From contig NC_043017.1 in the NCBI RefSeq assembly GCF_006345805.1, positions 27,218,001 to 27,282,000 of the forward strand: DNA of 64,000 bases, given 5' to 3'. Source of the DNA: Octopus sinensis (Eukaryota). This document shows, piece by piece, positions 49,060 to 62,627 of the stretch. A model generated the notes under the pieces. That model was given only the letters and a program-made list of their open reading frames with translations, did no database searches and was not told where the DNA came from. The position numbers and the translations under genes were made by a program. Numbering within the stretch: the stretch's first letter is position 1; every line of letters starts with the position of its first letter.

Positions 49060-49340
49060 TGGATGAACACGGCCTAGTGGTTAGAGCAGTGGACTCGCGG
49101 TGGAAGGATTGAGGGCGATGTGTGCGTTTATGAGAGAAACACCTAAGCTCCACGCGGCTCCGGCAGATGTTAATGGCGAACTTCTGCTGACTCTTTCGCC
49201 ACAACATTCTCTCACTCGTTCCTCCTGCATCTTGCAGCTCACCTGCAACGGACAGGTGGGGAACCTATACGTCAAGGAAACCGTGGAAACCGGCCCTTAT
49301 GGTCCAGGCGTGGCTCGATAAAGAACAAACAACAAGAAAC
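49060..49340 (+). mobile_element. SINE-E (SINE-D-like head and middle, different 3' tail)
   Basis: gtggttagagcag..; tail gaaaccgg..cccttatg..ggctcga..gaacaaac; homologue at 60481. Confidence 0.85.
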
Positions 49341-49399
49341 TGAAAGACAAATTTCATTTAAGCCGTATTTGAAAACAGAGAGGTGAGTCATATGTACGT

Positions 49400-49762
49400 G
49401 GCAATCCGTCGGTTACGACGACGAGGGTTCCAGTTGATCCGCCCAACGGAACAACCTGCTCGTGAAATTAACGTGCAAGTGGCTGAGCATTCCACAGACA
49501 CGTGTACCCTTAGCATAGTTCTCGAGGGAGATTCTGCGTGACACAGAGTGTGACAGGGCTGGCACTTTGAAATACAGGTACAGCAGAAACAGGAAGAAAA
49601 AGTGAGAGAAAGCCGTGGTGAAAGAGTATAGCAGGGTTCACCAACACCCGCTGCCGGAGCTGTTTTCGCTCAATAAACACTCACAACGCCCGGTCTGGGA
49701 ATCGAAGCTGCTATCCTATGAATACGAATCCGCTGCCCTAACCAATGAGCCATTGCGCCTCC
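49400..49762 (-). mobile_element. SINE-D copy
   Basis: Reverse complement of the 23108-type element. Confidence 0.9.
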
Positions 49763-50317
49763 ACGGCGTGTCATAGTAAATAAAAAAGAAGTCTGTTTGA
49801 TGTTGTAATGATTCCAGCGATTCTTCGATTTCACGTTTTATATCTATATGTATTTAGCGAAAACTGTCTGCATGGAAATACTTCGCATTTTATGGTGGTT
49901 ATGGCAATTGAAGCCTTTAATGGCGTTAGATCCTCTAACTGCAGTGATCCTTAAATGATGAAATAAAACGTTGATTGTGTTGACATTTGTCCACAGATCC
50001 CAAATTTAGCTGAAATGATAAAGTGTAGTATTTTCATTACTACTTAATTTGATAGTAGGAGGAAATAAATCTTACGACAAGTGACTAAATTGACATGGCC
50101 GAAACATGACAGAGTATTTAAACCGCAATAGCGCACCTAGGGTGAAAATGAAAACATGTTTGTCATAGATGAGATTAATCACCTAAATACACTCCATTAT
50201 CATCCAGAAATCTACGTATCATAGGGATCTGAGACATTTTTACAGGGCCACACAATATTTGTTATTTTTTTTCTCTTTTTAGATGTGTATATATATATAT
50301 ATATAATATATATATAA

Positions 50318-50561
50318 TCTTTTACTTGTTTCAGTCATTTGACTATCGCCATGATGGAGCACCACCTTTAGTCAAGCAAATCGACCCCAGGACTTATTCT
50401 TTGGAAGCCTAGTACTTATTCTATCGGTCTCTTGCCGAACCGCTAAGTTACGAGGACGTAAACACACCAGCATCGGTTGTCAAGCAATGTTGGTGGGACA
50501 AACACAGACACACAAACTTATGCACACACACGCACACACACACACAAGCACAAACACACAT

Positions 50562-50611
<50 letters not shown>

Positions 50612-50777
50612 GCACGGCAAGCTTCTTTCAGTTTCCGTCTACCAAACCCACTCACAAGGCTTTGGTCAACCCGAGGCTATAGTAGAAGACACTTGCCCAA
50701 GGTGCCACGCAGTGGGACTGAATCCGGAACCATGTGATTGGTAAGCAAGCTACTTACCACACAGCCACTCCTGCACC
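50318..50777 (-). mobile_element. SINE-AB full copy
   Basis: Same modules. Confidence 0.95.
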
Positions 50778-52019
50778 TATGTGAATAAATAAGTCGAATA
50801 CATCAATTACTTTAAGTCGCACTTTAGATTACCGAAATTGCGATCTCTTGCGATTTGAGTTTTAGCTACCATTCGACCAACAGCTGCAGTGTATTATTGC
50901 TTTCGATAGTCCAATATGTAAATCAATATTATACAGATCCTGCAATATTAGAAGTCTAGATAAACAAAAAATATAAATTCATAAGGATAATGAAGTGCAA
51001 ATTATTCACAATGTATAATATGAACTAGAAAAAATAAACAATTCCATGTTATCAAATCTCACTGATTTCATTGCTTTTGCTATCTCTAAGTGTTGCGGAT
51101 AAAAATCAACTTTCAGGCTTTCAATTGACATCGGAATATCAAAGTGAAATCGCATCACATTTTCTGTCAGCGTTGCTAATACATGCTGGAAGGTTTTAAT
51201 TTTATTTTAGCCACTTAAAGAGAAATGTCAATTAAGGGAGATTTTTAGTTACACACACAATTAATTACGTTATCTCGAAATTAATAATGTACTGGAATGT
51301 CATCATTGCCTGTTTCAATTATTTCGCTAACCACGGTTCATTTTTTTTTTTTTTTCATTCGAGACGGTTTATGTTGCGTGCAACAGATTCTAGAATTAAT
51401 ACGGGTTATTCGAGTCACATTTCATTTACTGTTATCATGCATTACAGACGAGAATAAATCAGGTTCACATGTTGCAATGAAATGAGAATGACAGAATAAG
51501 TGCTACGCGTAAAAAATAAGCTCTGAAGTTGATTTGTTCAACTAAACACTTGAAGACTATGCCCCGGCATGTCTGCAAGCAAATAATTGAAAAAAGTAAA
51601 TATATATATACTACATACATACATACATATATATATATATATTATATATATATATATATAATAGAGAAAGAGAGAGAGAGAGAGAGATATATAATAATTG
51701 AAAAAAGTAAATATAGATATATATATATTAATGTGTGTTTGTGTGTGTATGAGTGTACATACACACACATGCATCCAGACACATGTATATATATATATAT
51801 ATTATGCGCCGCCCTCCTTGACAACAAGTGCTTGTTTGCTTTTAACGCAGTAAACTTGCGTTTGAACAAAAGACGCTCGCTGTACACGTACCAGACTTTA
51901 AATAATAGTGGCGCCAATTTCTCCAAGTAAAGCGTTCAAGATGGTGCACTAGCGTAGCTGCAATCCAATGAGTGGAGCCAATTTCAAGACGAGAATAGAA
52001 TTATTCATTTATTTAGATA

Positions 52020-52417
52020 CTAGCAGTATCGCCCGGCGTTGCTCGGGTTTGTAAGGGAAATAACTATATAAGCATTTTTAGAGGTGTAAAGTATAATAGC
52101 CATCTCAATATGGCTAACCACGAAGGGAGGAGGTGTTACTGTAGCTTTTTACGTTCTGAGATTTAATAATACATTTTTAGAGAGTTACTTCCCTTATATA
52201 TGCCAAAAATGCATTGACAATGGGAAAATTGATGGTAATTTTTTTTAAATCGTAGACTCATCGTAGACGCGCGCTAATACCCAGAAGGGCTCGATATGAA
52301 TCACGACTATAAGATACCCGGTTTTGGTTAAACTGCACCGCAAAATGTGGGAGTAGTTAGGAATCTAAATCGTAGGAGACAGACAGCACACAACCTCACT
52401 TTAACATATAAAGAAGA
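52020..52417 (-). mobile_element. Non-autonomous Helitron
   Basis: Reverse complement of 12096-12495; CTAG end at 52020. Confidence 0.9.
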
Positions 52418-52697
52418 TATAGTTAGAGATATGACGACCCGCTTGTATTTATTCTGTACAGATAAAGTTTTATGTTTTTCAGACAGTACATGTATAAAGC
52501 TGGAAATTAATTATTGGCATAGGCGAAATGTTTTAGTCAAGAAATTACGAAAGAAACTGGTGTTGACATTAGCCAATGACATTTAGATATGGCATTTAAA
52601 AATCTAATTTAAAATGTCGTACGAGACTTTATTTGTCGTGTGACAAACGAATGTCCAGTGGTGACTTTATTGATATGTTTCATATTTAGTCTTTCCT

Positions 52698-52971
52698 CTC
52701 TTTTACTCTATTACTTGTTTCAGTCATTTGACTGCTGCCATGCCGGAGCACCACCTTTAATCGAGCAACTTGACCCCGGGACTTATTCTTTTGTAAGCAC
52801 ATTACTTATTTTATCGGTCTCTTTTTGTCGAACCGCTAAGTGACGGAGACATAAACACACCAGCATCGGTTGTCAAGCAATGCTAGGGACACACACACAG
52901 ACACACAAACATATAGACACACACATACATACACACACACACACACACACATACATACACACACACACACA

Positions 52972-53007
<36 letters not shown>

Positions 53008-53169
53008 GACGGGCTTCTTTCAGTTTCAGTCTACCAAATCCACTCACAAGGTTTTGGTCGGCCCGTGGCTACAGTAGAAGAGACTTGCGCAATGTGCCAC
53101 GCAGTGGGACTGAACCCGGAACCATGTGGTTGGTAAACAAGCTACTTACCACACAGACACTCCTGCGCC
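52698..53169 (-). mobile_element. SINE-AB full copy
   Basis: Same modules. Confidence 0.95.
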
Positions 53170-53236
53170 TATTTGTCATGATATTTTCTGATATCTTTAT
53201 ATTCTTAGTCATGAGAAATGCCCGTTAGCGTTATAG

Positions 53237-53319
53237 GACATCAGATTTTCGTGTGGTTAGGAAGGACATATTTATTAAACTTGATCTGAATAATTGCAAA
53301 GAAGTTGACTCCGCTAAAG
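53237..53319 (+). CDS. Candidate 83-nt exon (TSDFRVVRKDIFIKLDLNNCKEVDSAK)
   Basis: ttatAG acceptor (weak tract), one open frame, AAG|GTAATC donor. Confidence 0.25.
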
Positions 53320-53502
53320 GTAATCAGTAAGCAAGATGTTCCAGTTAACGCGGGTGATAGTTTCAGTATATCACACAGGAATACTAAAGCAGGATTTGAA
53401 AACAAATATAGTAAGGCACCCGACCCAACATATCTACAAATCCTAAAATGCATAATCCTGAACGAAAAAAAGCGATTATCCTTGTATTATTTAGAGGGCT
53501 TA

Positions 53503-53722
53503 GGCAGCGGTTTGGCAGAATCGCTAATAAACCTGGAAAACTATTTAGCGGCATTTTGTCTGTTTCTCCTTTGTAGGTTCAAATAGTGCTGAGGACGATT
53601 TTGCCTCTCATGCTTGTCGGGTCGATAAAATAAATACCTGTTGAGCAGTGGGGTTGATGTAAGCGACTTAAAACCCCCATCAATCCGCCGACATTGCGGT
53701 CCGTGTGTCAAAATTTGAAACC
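53503..53722 (+). mobile_element. Diverged SINE-C short-tail variant
   Basis: ggcagcggtttggcagaatcgc head; gtcgataaaataaatacc motif. Confidence 0.7.
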
Positions 53723-54595
53723 CTTACATAGAGGGGTTTCCTATCAACCACAATTTTGTGAAATTAAGCCAATACTGTTATATACAAGCATTAGAAAAAT
53801 AGCTACACAGATAGTGACATGGAGAATGTTTTATCTTTTACAGACAGTACATTTATAAAGCTGGAGGTTCACTTTTGGCACAATCGAAGTATTTGGGTCA
53901 AAATAAAGATAATGAGAGAGAGACTTTGAGGAAGAATCACGCCCTGTATTTCTTTGGCAGTTTAACCATGCCGAGAGTGGTAATCAAAAAACCATTCTAT
54001 ATTAGTAAAACACTGCATCCTTCTTATTGGAATTCGACGGGCAAAGAGTATATATCTTTCTCAACATAACCCTCTGCATTTGTTTACACTGCAATGGCTA
54101 GTCAACGACACAAAATATGTTTTTTAAAACAAAACGTTTACATAATATAAATCGTGTAATTGGTGCAATTTTAAAATTGTTTTCCCCGTTGAATTTAATA
54201 TTTTCACTTTCTCCTATAACGGGTATTTCTCATTTTACAACTCAAATATTTTTAATATTTTTCATTATGTCTGTCAATTTTGAATATTGCATGATTTTTA
54301 TTTGAAAGTTATTGTGAGAGATTTTTTTATTTACGTCATTGAAAGTAAATTTACTCTCCACTGTGGCGACCATCTCTACCTCGAAGATCACAGAGGGCCG
54401 TCTTTTAGCGTGACCAAAACCTCACAAAGAATGATTAGGGGAATATATATAAACTAAAAGAAAAGAAAATCAAAACATTAGATATCCAGAAAATTGATTT
54501 ATTTACACTTCAAAGGAATAAATTAGCTTCTTCTTCAAAGTACTCTGGGAAATTGGTTCACAGGCGAAATTTCCTGAATAACAATAATAATAATA

Positions 54596-54868
54596 ATACC
54601 AGGCTTACCATCCCTACTGGAAGTGCAAAAAATCGTGTTTACTGGAACGGCTCATGTACTGAGAAGAGCATTATCGCTGTGAAAACAACATCCATTCATA
54701 AATTTATTTATTTACTAATTTTTAAAATTCATATCTTACCTGTGAATATACGTGTATAATCTGGGAATGCATACAATGAGCTTCTCTGCCCTAGGAGTAC
54801 GGAAAACACTCGGGTAGAAACGGAAGAAAATTTGAAGAAAGAAGGAAAAAAAATAACAATAATAATAA
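54596..54868 (+). mobile_element. 5'-truncated R4/Dong 3' end (last 28 codons + 3'UTR) inside (AAT)n
   Basis: IPGLPSLLEVQKIVFTGTAHVLRRALSL* (TGA 54680-82); AAT tracts on both sides. Confidence 0.85.
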
Positions 54869-54869
54869 G

Positions 54870-55043
54870 CCTTTCTAGTATAGGAACAAGGACTAACATT
54901 TTGGTGGACGGGGCATTGGTACTTAATTTATAGACCGTGAAATAATGAAAGCCAAAATCAAAAGAATTTGAACTCAGAACGTAACGACAGACGAAGTACA
55001 GCTAAACATTTCGTCAGGCGTGCCAACGATTATGTCAGCTCGG
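54870..55043 (-). mobile_element. Diverged SINE-C variant
   Basis: gaatttgaactcagaacgtaacg..catttcg..gccaacgatt. Confidence 0.75.
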
Positions 55044-55044
55044 A

Positions 55045-55067
55045 ATGATAATAATGATAATAATAAC

Positions 55068-55098
<31 letters not shown>

Positions 55099-55230
55099 GT
55101 AATAATAATAATTATAATAATAATAATAATAGTAATAATAATAGTAATAATAGTAATAATAATAATAGTAATAGTAATGATAGTAATAATGATGATAGTA
55201 ATAGTAATAATAATAATAATGCCAACGGTC
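55045..55230. repeat. (AAT/AGT)n microsatellite
   Basis: Directly visible. Confidence 0.95.
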
Positions 55231-56387
55231 GAATCAACAATGGCAATGAAGTCGTCGTTCATATTGGTAATAATAACAGTAACATTTAAGAGATATATAA
55301 AGATATGCTACAACATTATGAGCAAGAAAGGTATGAAAAAAAATGAAAATAAAAAAGAGAAAAACAAAACAAAATCTAGCAATAATAATATTCAACAGCA
55401 GTGCCAACAAATTCATGAAAATGACATATGAAAAAAGATATACCAGCCGATAGCAACACCAACTGAAAGAACATGAAGGATATGAATACGAATAAAATAT
55501 ACGACAACAAGAGCAGCATTATATGCAGCAAAAAGGTTGAGATGCCTTTCAATAAGTATTATTTGCTTTATCATTAAGAAAACACCCAGTGTCCATTTTG
55601 ATTCATGGTGAATGAAATATATTTTGAAGCAGACGACAGGCGATAAATAAATAAAATATGAGAGCATCAAACAAAAGAAAGGAAACTATGGAAGAACAGT
55701 TGATCTTTGAATTATAAATGGGAAAACAGAAATATTGAACAATATCATATGAGTATATATATACATTTATATACATACATATGTATTAGTATAACGCTGA
55801 GGAATAGAAATATATATATACATATATATATATATATTTCTATTTGTAAAATATACATACATATGTATTAGTATAATGCTCAGGAATAGAAATATATATA
55901 TATATATATAATGTAGCGACTGATAAAATGTAGAGTCATGGGAATTTCCATTATCTTTCTTGATATAGTTGTTTTAGTCAAGTGAATTAAATATATTGCC
56001 CGTAATAGATATGGCGAACTGCCGTCTTTCTCCGATTGTGTATATAGCATACGTGCTGTTCAGATCATTGCTATATTGTTATTATTCTCTGATCAAGGTT
56101 TTATTAGAAATATATTACAGATATTCATCATCAGAATTAATACATACAAATTTATAAATATATATATTCAAATTTGTATACATACATACATGCATACATA
56201 TATATATACATATTTATATCTATCTCTCTCTCTTTGTATATATATATACGTATGTATATATTTGTCTCTTTTATGTATATATATATATACATATTTATAT
56301 ATATATATATATTATATATATATTCTGTCTCTCTTTGTATATATATATATACATACATATTTTATATATATATATTTATAATATATA

Positions 56388-56432
<45 letters not shown>

Positions 56433-56918
56433 ATATACATATACACAAACACTCACTCTTACGTATGTATTTATTTTGTGTGAATATTTGTATGTGAATG
56501 ACATTGTAAGTGGAATAAGTGTTCCTTTAGATATTTCCATCTAACGCACATACACAAGAGATTGCTTGTGTTAATACGTGTGTAGTGAGTATTTTGGCGT
56601 ATACGCCACTCACTGATCTAATGCATAAATTGAAAAATAACTATTTTCCGTCGTTTTCCTTAATGACTATTCCATTTGTTCATTCTGCTGGAATGACTTG
56701 TCGTCCATTTATCAAACTAAGGGCGGTAATTCCCAAAATGCTTCCTCCAAGACGTGCATATGCATGAAAACTTATCTCAAGTCATATTTTATTAAGTTTC
56801 TTCTCATTCAATTTGACTTTAATTTTAGTCCAAGAATGTAGGTTTGGAAATCTGAGGTCGCAGTTTCATATAAATGTGTGGCATAAGCACCAACTGGTTT
56901 TGAAAATATTTTAGGATT

Positions 56919-56953
<35 letters not shown>

Positions 56954-57293
56954 ATGTATTTATATGTATATATATGTATATGTATGCATATGTATATATA
57001 TATGTATATATATATTTGTACTGAATCACGCCGGACGCGGTGGAGGAGAGAAAATAGTAACTCAGTGAAGGAGAAGTAGTGAGTGTTATTGATTTGACTG
57101 AAAGAGAGTGAGAGAAAGTAATAGCAATGAGAGAAAGGAAGGTGTGAAAGATGAATAAGAAAGAAATAGGTGAAAACAATCAGCGTTTTAACTCTGTGCG
57201 AGTATATATGTGTGTATGTGTGTGCGCGTACGAGGGTAGTATGTGAAAGTTTGCATGTGTGATTATTATGTACCTTGTAATGTATCTTATATA

Positions 57294-57410
57294 GTTTGGT
57301 CGGCCTGAGGCTATAGCAGAAGATACTTGCCCAAGGTGCCACGCAATGGGAATGAATCGGGAACCATGTGGTTGGTAAACAAGCTACTTACCACACAGCC
57401 ACTCCTGCGC
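57294..57410 (-). mobile_element. SINE-AB head fragment
   Basis: ...accacacagccactcctgcgcc. Confidence 0.9.
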
Positions 57411-57610
57411 CTAGTGTTCGTTAAATATCAAAAAGAAAAGAAAACTCACAAATATATAACTGGAATATATAACATACTACAATTAGACGTCATTGTTGAC
57501 GGCATATGGACAGCTAGTAGTATAATGATCATACATAACTCGGAAGAAAAATTCCCGAGGACAGCTCATATTTTTATTTCATTCGTCAATGAAATGTGAT
57601 AAGATGTTAA

Positions 57611-57981
57611 CCGGGTTCAGTCCCACTGCGTGGCACCTTGGGCAAGTGTCATCTACTATAGCCTCGGGCCGACCAAAGCCTTGTGAGTGGATTTGGTAGA
57701 CGGAAACTGAAAGAAGACCGTCGTATATATGTATATATATATATGCGTGTGTGTGTTTGTGTGTCTGTGTTTGTCCCCCTAGCATTGCTTGACAACCAAT
57801 GCTGGTGTGTTTACGTCCCCGTCACTTAGCGGTTCGGAAAAACAAACCGATAGAATAAGTACTGGGCTGACAAAAGAATAAATCCTGGGGTCGAGTTGCT
57901 CGATTAAAAAATGCGGTGCTCCAGCATGGCCACAGTCAAATGACTGAAACAAGTAAAAGAGTAAAAGAGTAAGAGTAAAAG
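57611..57981 (+). mobile_element. SINE-AB copy lacking the A-box
   Basis: Starts at ccgggttcagtccc. Confidence 0.9.
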
Positions 57982-58239
57982 CATAATGAAGAATCAAACT
58001 AAGATCCCGTAGAAGGAGTCTTTATAGTTAATGTTATTAAAACGAATTCTTTAGAATTCTATTAAACGAATTAATACTAGAAATAATGGGAAGTATATAA
58101 GATGCCCGAGGATAAAGTCGAAATTTCCGCTGCGATGCTTCTCATATCTTCAAACTTGAAGGCCAACGCGGAAACAGAATGAAGACTATTAAGTTATATT
58201 TGTGAGTTTTCTTTTCTTTTTGATATTTAACACACACTA

Positions 58240-58906
58240 GGCGCAGGAGTGGCTCTGTGGTAAGTTAGTTAGTTAGTTAGTTAGTTAATTTGGCTCAAAA
58301 GCAAATCGCAAGGCCATGTAGGGGGACATGGAGTTAAGTACAGGATGGTGTTCATGTAAAAGAGTTTATGCCACTTGTGGTCAAGGGAGGCTTTGAACAA
58401 AGCCGTCGTCGGAATCTTCACCATCTCGTCTGGCAGCTTGTTCCACGGATCCGTAATCCGGACGGAGAAAGCTCCTCTCCTTCGATTGAGATGAAATCGT
58501 CGCAGGTAGAGCTTTTCGGAATGACCCCGCAGCCGACTTGTTTACCAACCACATCGTTCCGGGTTCAGTCCCGCTGCGTGGCACCTTGGGCAAGTATCTT
58601 CTGCTATAGCCTCGGGCCGACCAAAGCCTTGTGAGTGGATTTGGTAGATAGAAACTGAAAGAAGCCCTTCATATATATGTATATATCTATGTGTGTGTGT
58701 TTATGTTTGTGCTTGCCCCCACAACATCGCTTGATAAGCATTCCTTGTGAATTTACGTACCTGTAACTTAGTGGTTCAGCAAAAGACACCAATAGAATAA
58801 GTACTAGGCTTCAAAAGAATAAGTCCTGGGGTCGATTTGCTCGACTAAAGGCGGTGCTCCAGCATGGCCACAGTCAAATGACTGAAACAAGTAAAAGAGT
58901 AAAGAG
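58240..58906 (+). mobile_element. SINE-AB copy interrupted by a CR1 fragment
   Basis: Head 58240-58264 resumes at about 58539. Confidence 0.9.
58265..58538 (-). mobile_element. CR1-clade LINE 3' end with (CTAA)n tail
   Basis: RLRGHSEKLYLRRFHLNRRRGAFSVRITDPWNKLPDEMVKIPTTALFKASLDHKW matches the CR1 ORF2 C-terminus (RGH..FS.R....WN.LP..FK..LD). Confidence 0.9.
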
Positions 58907-59675
58907 AATTCTGAAAAGTACCCAATACTCACAAATACAACTGCTCGCATATACACGCCATCATATATATAATAATGCGTATATATGACCTGTGTGTATA
59001 TGTGTGCCGTAGTGTACATTAAATCTTTTACATAGAATAGTATATATTCTGGGAAAATCACTAAAGTACATCAATTTGGCTTTCAAATAGTAAAATATTA
59101 ATAATTAACTAGTTTATATATATACAAATATGTAGTTAACTATAGAATTGGATAAATAATATTTCACATTTTATTCTATTGACAATCGCTGCGTGAAGCA
59201 GGGTATGAATTTCATTGTTAGTTTTGTATGGTACCAAGTTTTTGCGAAGCACGCATACATAACTACAAACTCCTATGATTGAATTTCATTTCATGAAAAA
59301 TCAGCAATTACATTTGTATTGTAAGCGCAGTTATACGTTATCTCTCTCCATATGTTTGTGAATCGCAATCAAATTTCCTTTTCTTTTTTTTTTTTGCCCC
59401 TTCATTTAAATAATCTCATTACATATGATTTTAAATGCTAAAACCCGATTGTATTGAACAGCTTTCTATACATTAATTTCATAAAAGTATATTAACAAAT
59501 ATCTAAGCAATTCACTTGTGATTTTTCTTTATCCATTTATACCGAATATATTTCCATTTAAATTCGATATTCTTAAATATTATTCTACTAAACATATTCG
59601 TGTGTTCGCATTGATTGATGTTAGTATCTTTATCACAAAGAGCAAAGATTGATGATTTAGGGAAATGGAAATATG

Positions 59676-60480
59676 TTAATTGTGACACCAGGCGTCCAAG
59701 AGCTCAGGTTTGTCATGTATAAATAAGGCCTCCATGAAAAATATACGTGATGAATACGCTTCAAGTTTGGTTTCGTTTCTGCTCTTATAACCGAGTAAAA
59801 TCGATTGATACACGCTTGTGGCTATTTTCTTAATGGATGTTGCGTCAGTTTTTTTCCCTTCTGTGTTGAAATTTTCCCCAATATGCTCGATCCCTTCATT
59901 CGAATGAAGCATGTTGCTAATATCTAAATATAAATCATTTCAATAACGTACGGAGCTTAAGCAAGCTTAGGTTTTTAATGCAATCCATGTAAGGGTGATT
60001 GGAAGCAGCCAAGAGAGATCTTTGAAGAAAAACTGCTAGAGGAGGTGCATATAGCAGCATATGTTACATCGTTAAATAAATGTGATAAATTCAGAAGGCA
60101 AAATAACTCAATGGCTTTTAATTTGGTTTCACAGATATTTGTTAAGGCAAAAAGAAGAGTGTCGTAAGAGATGTCGTCGACGTGTCGCACTCTCGATAGC
60201 AACCACGTTCATGGGAATATATGAGCAGTTGGGATATATTGGTGAAATATGTTGGGATTCACCAAGGATAACAAATACTTCCTCATTCGGCAATTTAGCC
60301 TAACAATAGTAGAGATGTTTAGGGTAGTGGTAGCTAATAGGACCTTAGATTTCACCAAAGAACAAAAATACCGAGTCGCTAAAATTGTCAGGAACATCCA
60401 CTGGAATATTTTTAAAATTCTAACAAAGCCCGAGGCGAAAAAATTTCTTTTACTCAAGAAAATCGCTTGTGTTATCCACA
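59676..60480. pseudogene. Unidentified coding-like island: minus-strand frame about 59676-59945 and plus-strand frame about 59985-60480 (3 stops)
   Basis: Long stop-poor frames with protein-like composition in non-repeat sequence; family not recognised. Confidence 0.3.
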
Positions 60481-60758
60481 AGTGGTTAGAGCAGCGGTCG
60501 AGGGATCGCGGGTTCGAATCTCAGACCGGGCGATATGTGTGTTTATGAGCGATATACCTAAGCGCCATACGGCTCCGGCAGAAGGTAATGGCGAACTTCT
60601 TACTCTTTCGCCACAACTTTCTCTCACGCTTTTCTCCTGCATCTTGCAGCTCACCTGCGACGGACCGGCACCCCGTACAAGTGGGGAATCTATACGCCAA
60701 GGGAACCGGGAAACCGGCCCTTATGAGCCAGGGATGGCTCGAGAAGGAACAAACATCA
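60481..60758 (+). mobile_element. SINE-E copy
   Basis: Homologous to 49060-49340. Confidence 0.85.
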
Positions 60759-60979
60759 AATAAACAACGTGATCCAACGCTTGTGTGGAGGAAACCTTTC
60801 CCTCCTCAAACAGAATATAAGTCGTTATTATTCCAAGACTGAGAAATCTCTCTCATGATAGACATTACACGCAAGTAATTTCTATCAGTTTACAAGGGTT
60901 GCGAAGTAAACAGATCACACTCTAAACTAACAAAAAAGGGACAGAATCAATTTAGAATAGATATATATCTTGGTTTCAA

Positions 60980-61102
60980 CTCTTGGCACAAGTTCAAGTG
61001 AGGATAGTTGATTACCTCAACCTAAGTGCTTAATTGGTACTTATTTTATAAACCCCGAAAGGGTAAAATCTAAGTCGTCCTCTATGGCATTTGAAACCTG
61101 AA
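60980..61102 (-). mobile_element. Old SINE-C-like fragment
   Basis: aattggtacttattttataaaccccgaaagg motif. Confidence 0.55.
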
Positions 61103-61247
61103 CCTAAAGACAGACATGAAGTCGCTAATTATCACCCCGCCCCACCGCCGCAGTTACAATCCCGCCCCCTCTGCCGCCTTAGAAAAATTATATAAATTCC
61201 GAAATGTTATATATAAATGATCTACGGGCCTTAGTCTTTATATACTC

Positions 61248-61604
61248 GGGTCTTTTCACTTTGACCGGCAGATTTTTAAAACAATTTCTTTGTAACTAAA
61301 CACTTTTAAACTTCGTATACTGGTAGAATGTGTTACATAAAACATCTTTTTCTCTTGGCTTTCTTGAGAAAATTCTGTAATTTAATTTGTAAGCTATTTG
61401 TTGTAAAATTTCTTGCATTTCGGCAATTTCAACCAATCAATGACGTCCATTGAGGTGAAGAAAATTTCTGCTGTTGTTTTTCAACAGCAATTTCTTGCGG
61501 TCAACTCAGTTTTATGTAACACATTCTACCAGTATACGAAGTGTAAAAGTGTTTAGTTACAAAGACATTATTTTAAAAATCTACCGATCAAAGTGAAAAG
61601 ATCC
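61248..61604. mobile_element. GG(A/G)TC-ended MITE (357 bp, about 95-bp TIRs), 8-bp TSD atatactc/atatgctc
   Basis: TSD at 61240-47 and 61605-12; same terminal family as 13420 and 7944. Confidence 0.9.
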
Positions 61605-61949
61605 ATATGCTCTCATAAACCAAGAAAACACCATGGAAGATTCTTGCATCTGCACCAAAAATAGGGAGTGGAGATATTGCATATTCAAAAACGATGTGTA
61701 CCTTAATCAAAATAACCGGACGTTTAATTTTGAGCAGGATTTGCATCGTACTTGTTATAAGTTCTTTCGTAGATCGCTATTATCTATGCAAATATTTCTG
61801 CTGCATATTTATTTCATCCATCTCGTTATATAATCTATAAGGCCTTTCAAAATTTCCTTTGTGTTTACATAATTTCTCGGACATCATACTTCTTTTGAGA
61901 CACGTATTCAACGCACCTTTGTATTTTTCGGCGAATTCTCGTACATAGT

Positions 61950-62174
61950 AATGAAATACTACTACTACTACTACTACTACTACTGCTGCTACTACCACTA
62001 CTACTACTACCACCAATACTACCACCACCACTGCTACTACCACCACTACTACTACTACCACTACTACTACTACTACTACTACCACCACTACTACTACTAC
62101 TACCACTACCACCACTACCACCACCACTACTACTACTACAACAACTACTACTACTACTACTAATAATAATAATA

Positions 62175-62218
<44 letters not shown>
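61950..62218. repeat. (CTA/CCA)n then (TTA)n microsatellite
   Basis: Directly visible. Confidence 0.95.
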
Positions 62219-62405
62219 GTTTGACTTTTGCTTTGCATTTGCACAAGTTGGCTCCAAGTCTCACCTAGAGACTGACAAGCAAATCTGTGGCATTGAGCAG
62301 AATATTGGCTATAGACCATCTTTTATACCAAGACAAAACAATGTACATGATAACACTTCCAATCAGTTAAGATCAGGAGCCACGAGAGCCACTGCATGGT
62401 ACTGC
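62217..62405 (-). mobile_element. LINE-like 3' UTR fragment ending aaagtcaaacat(aat)n
   Basis: Unique-looking segment ending in an (AAT)n tail on the minus strand; assignment to R4/Dong-type ends is from memory. Confidence 0.4.
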
Positions 62406-62407
62406 AT

Positions 62408-62589
62408 CAGAGCTTTTATTATTTTTAGCGATATTCCGTCGGAGTTCGGAGTTCGAATGATACCAGTGTCAACTTTGTCAATCATCCTTTTTGGGATCGG
62501 GAAATTAAGTACCAGTTACGCACTGGGGTCGATATAAGCGACTGGCTTCCTCCACAGAAACGTCAGGCGTTGTACCTAAAGTAGAAAGA

Positions 62590-62627
<38 letters not shown>

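Noticed and set aside
56583-56615. 14-bp palindrome tggcgtatacgcca with short outer arms
   Set aside because: Palindromes of this size are expected by chance in 64 kb; single occurrence.
60175-60202. RHVDD string on the minus strand resembling an RT YxDD motif
   Set aside because: That frame is L/F/I/S-rich like an antisense read-through, and other RT motifs are unconvincing.
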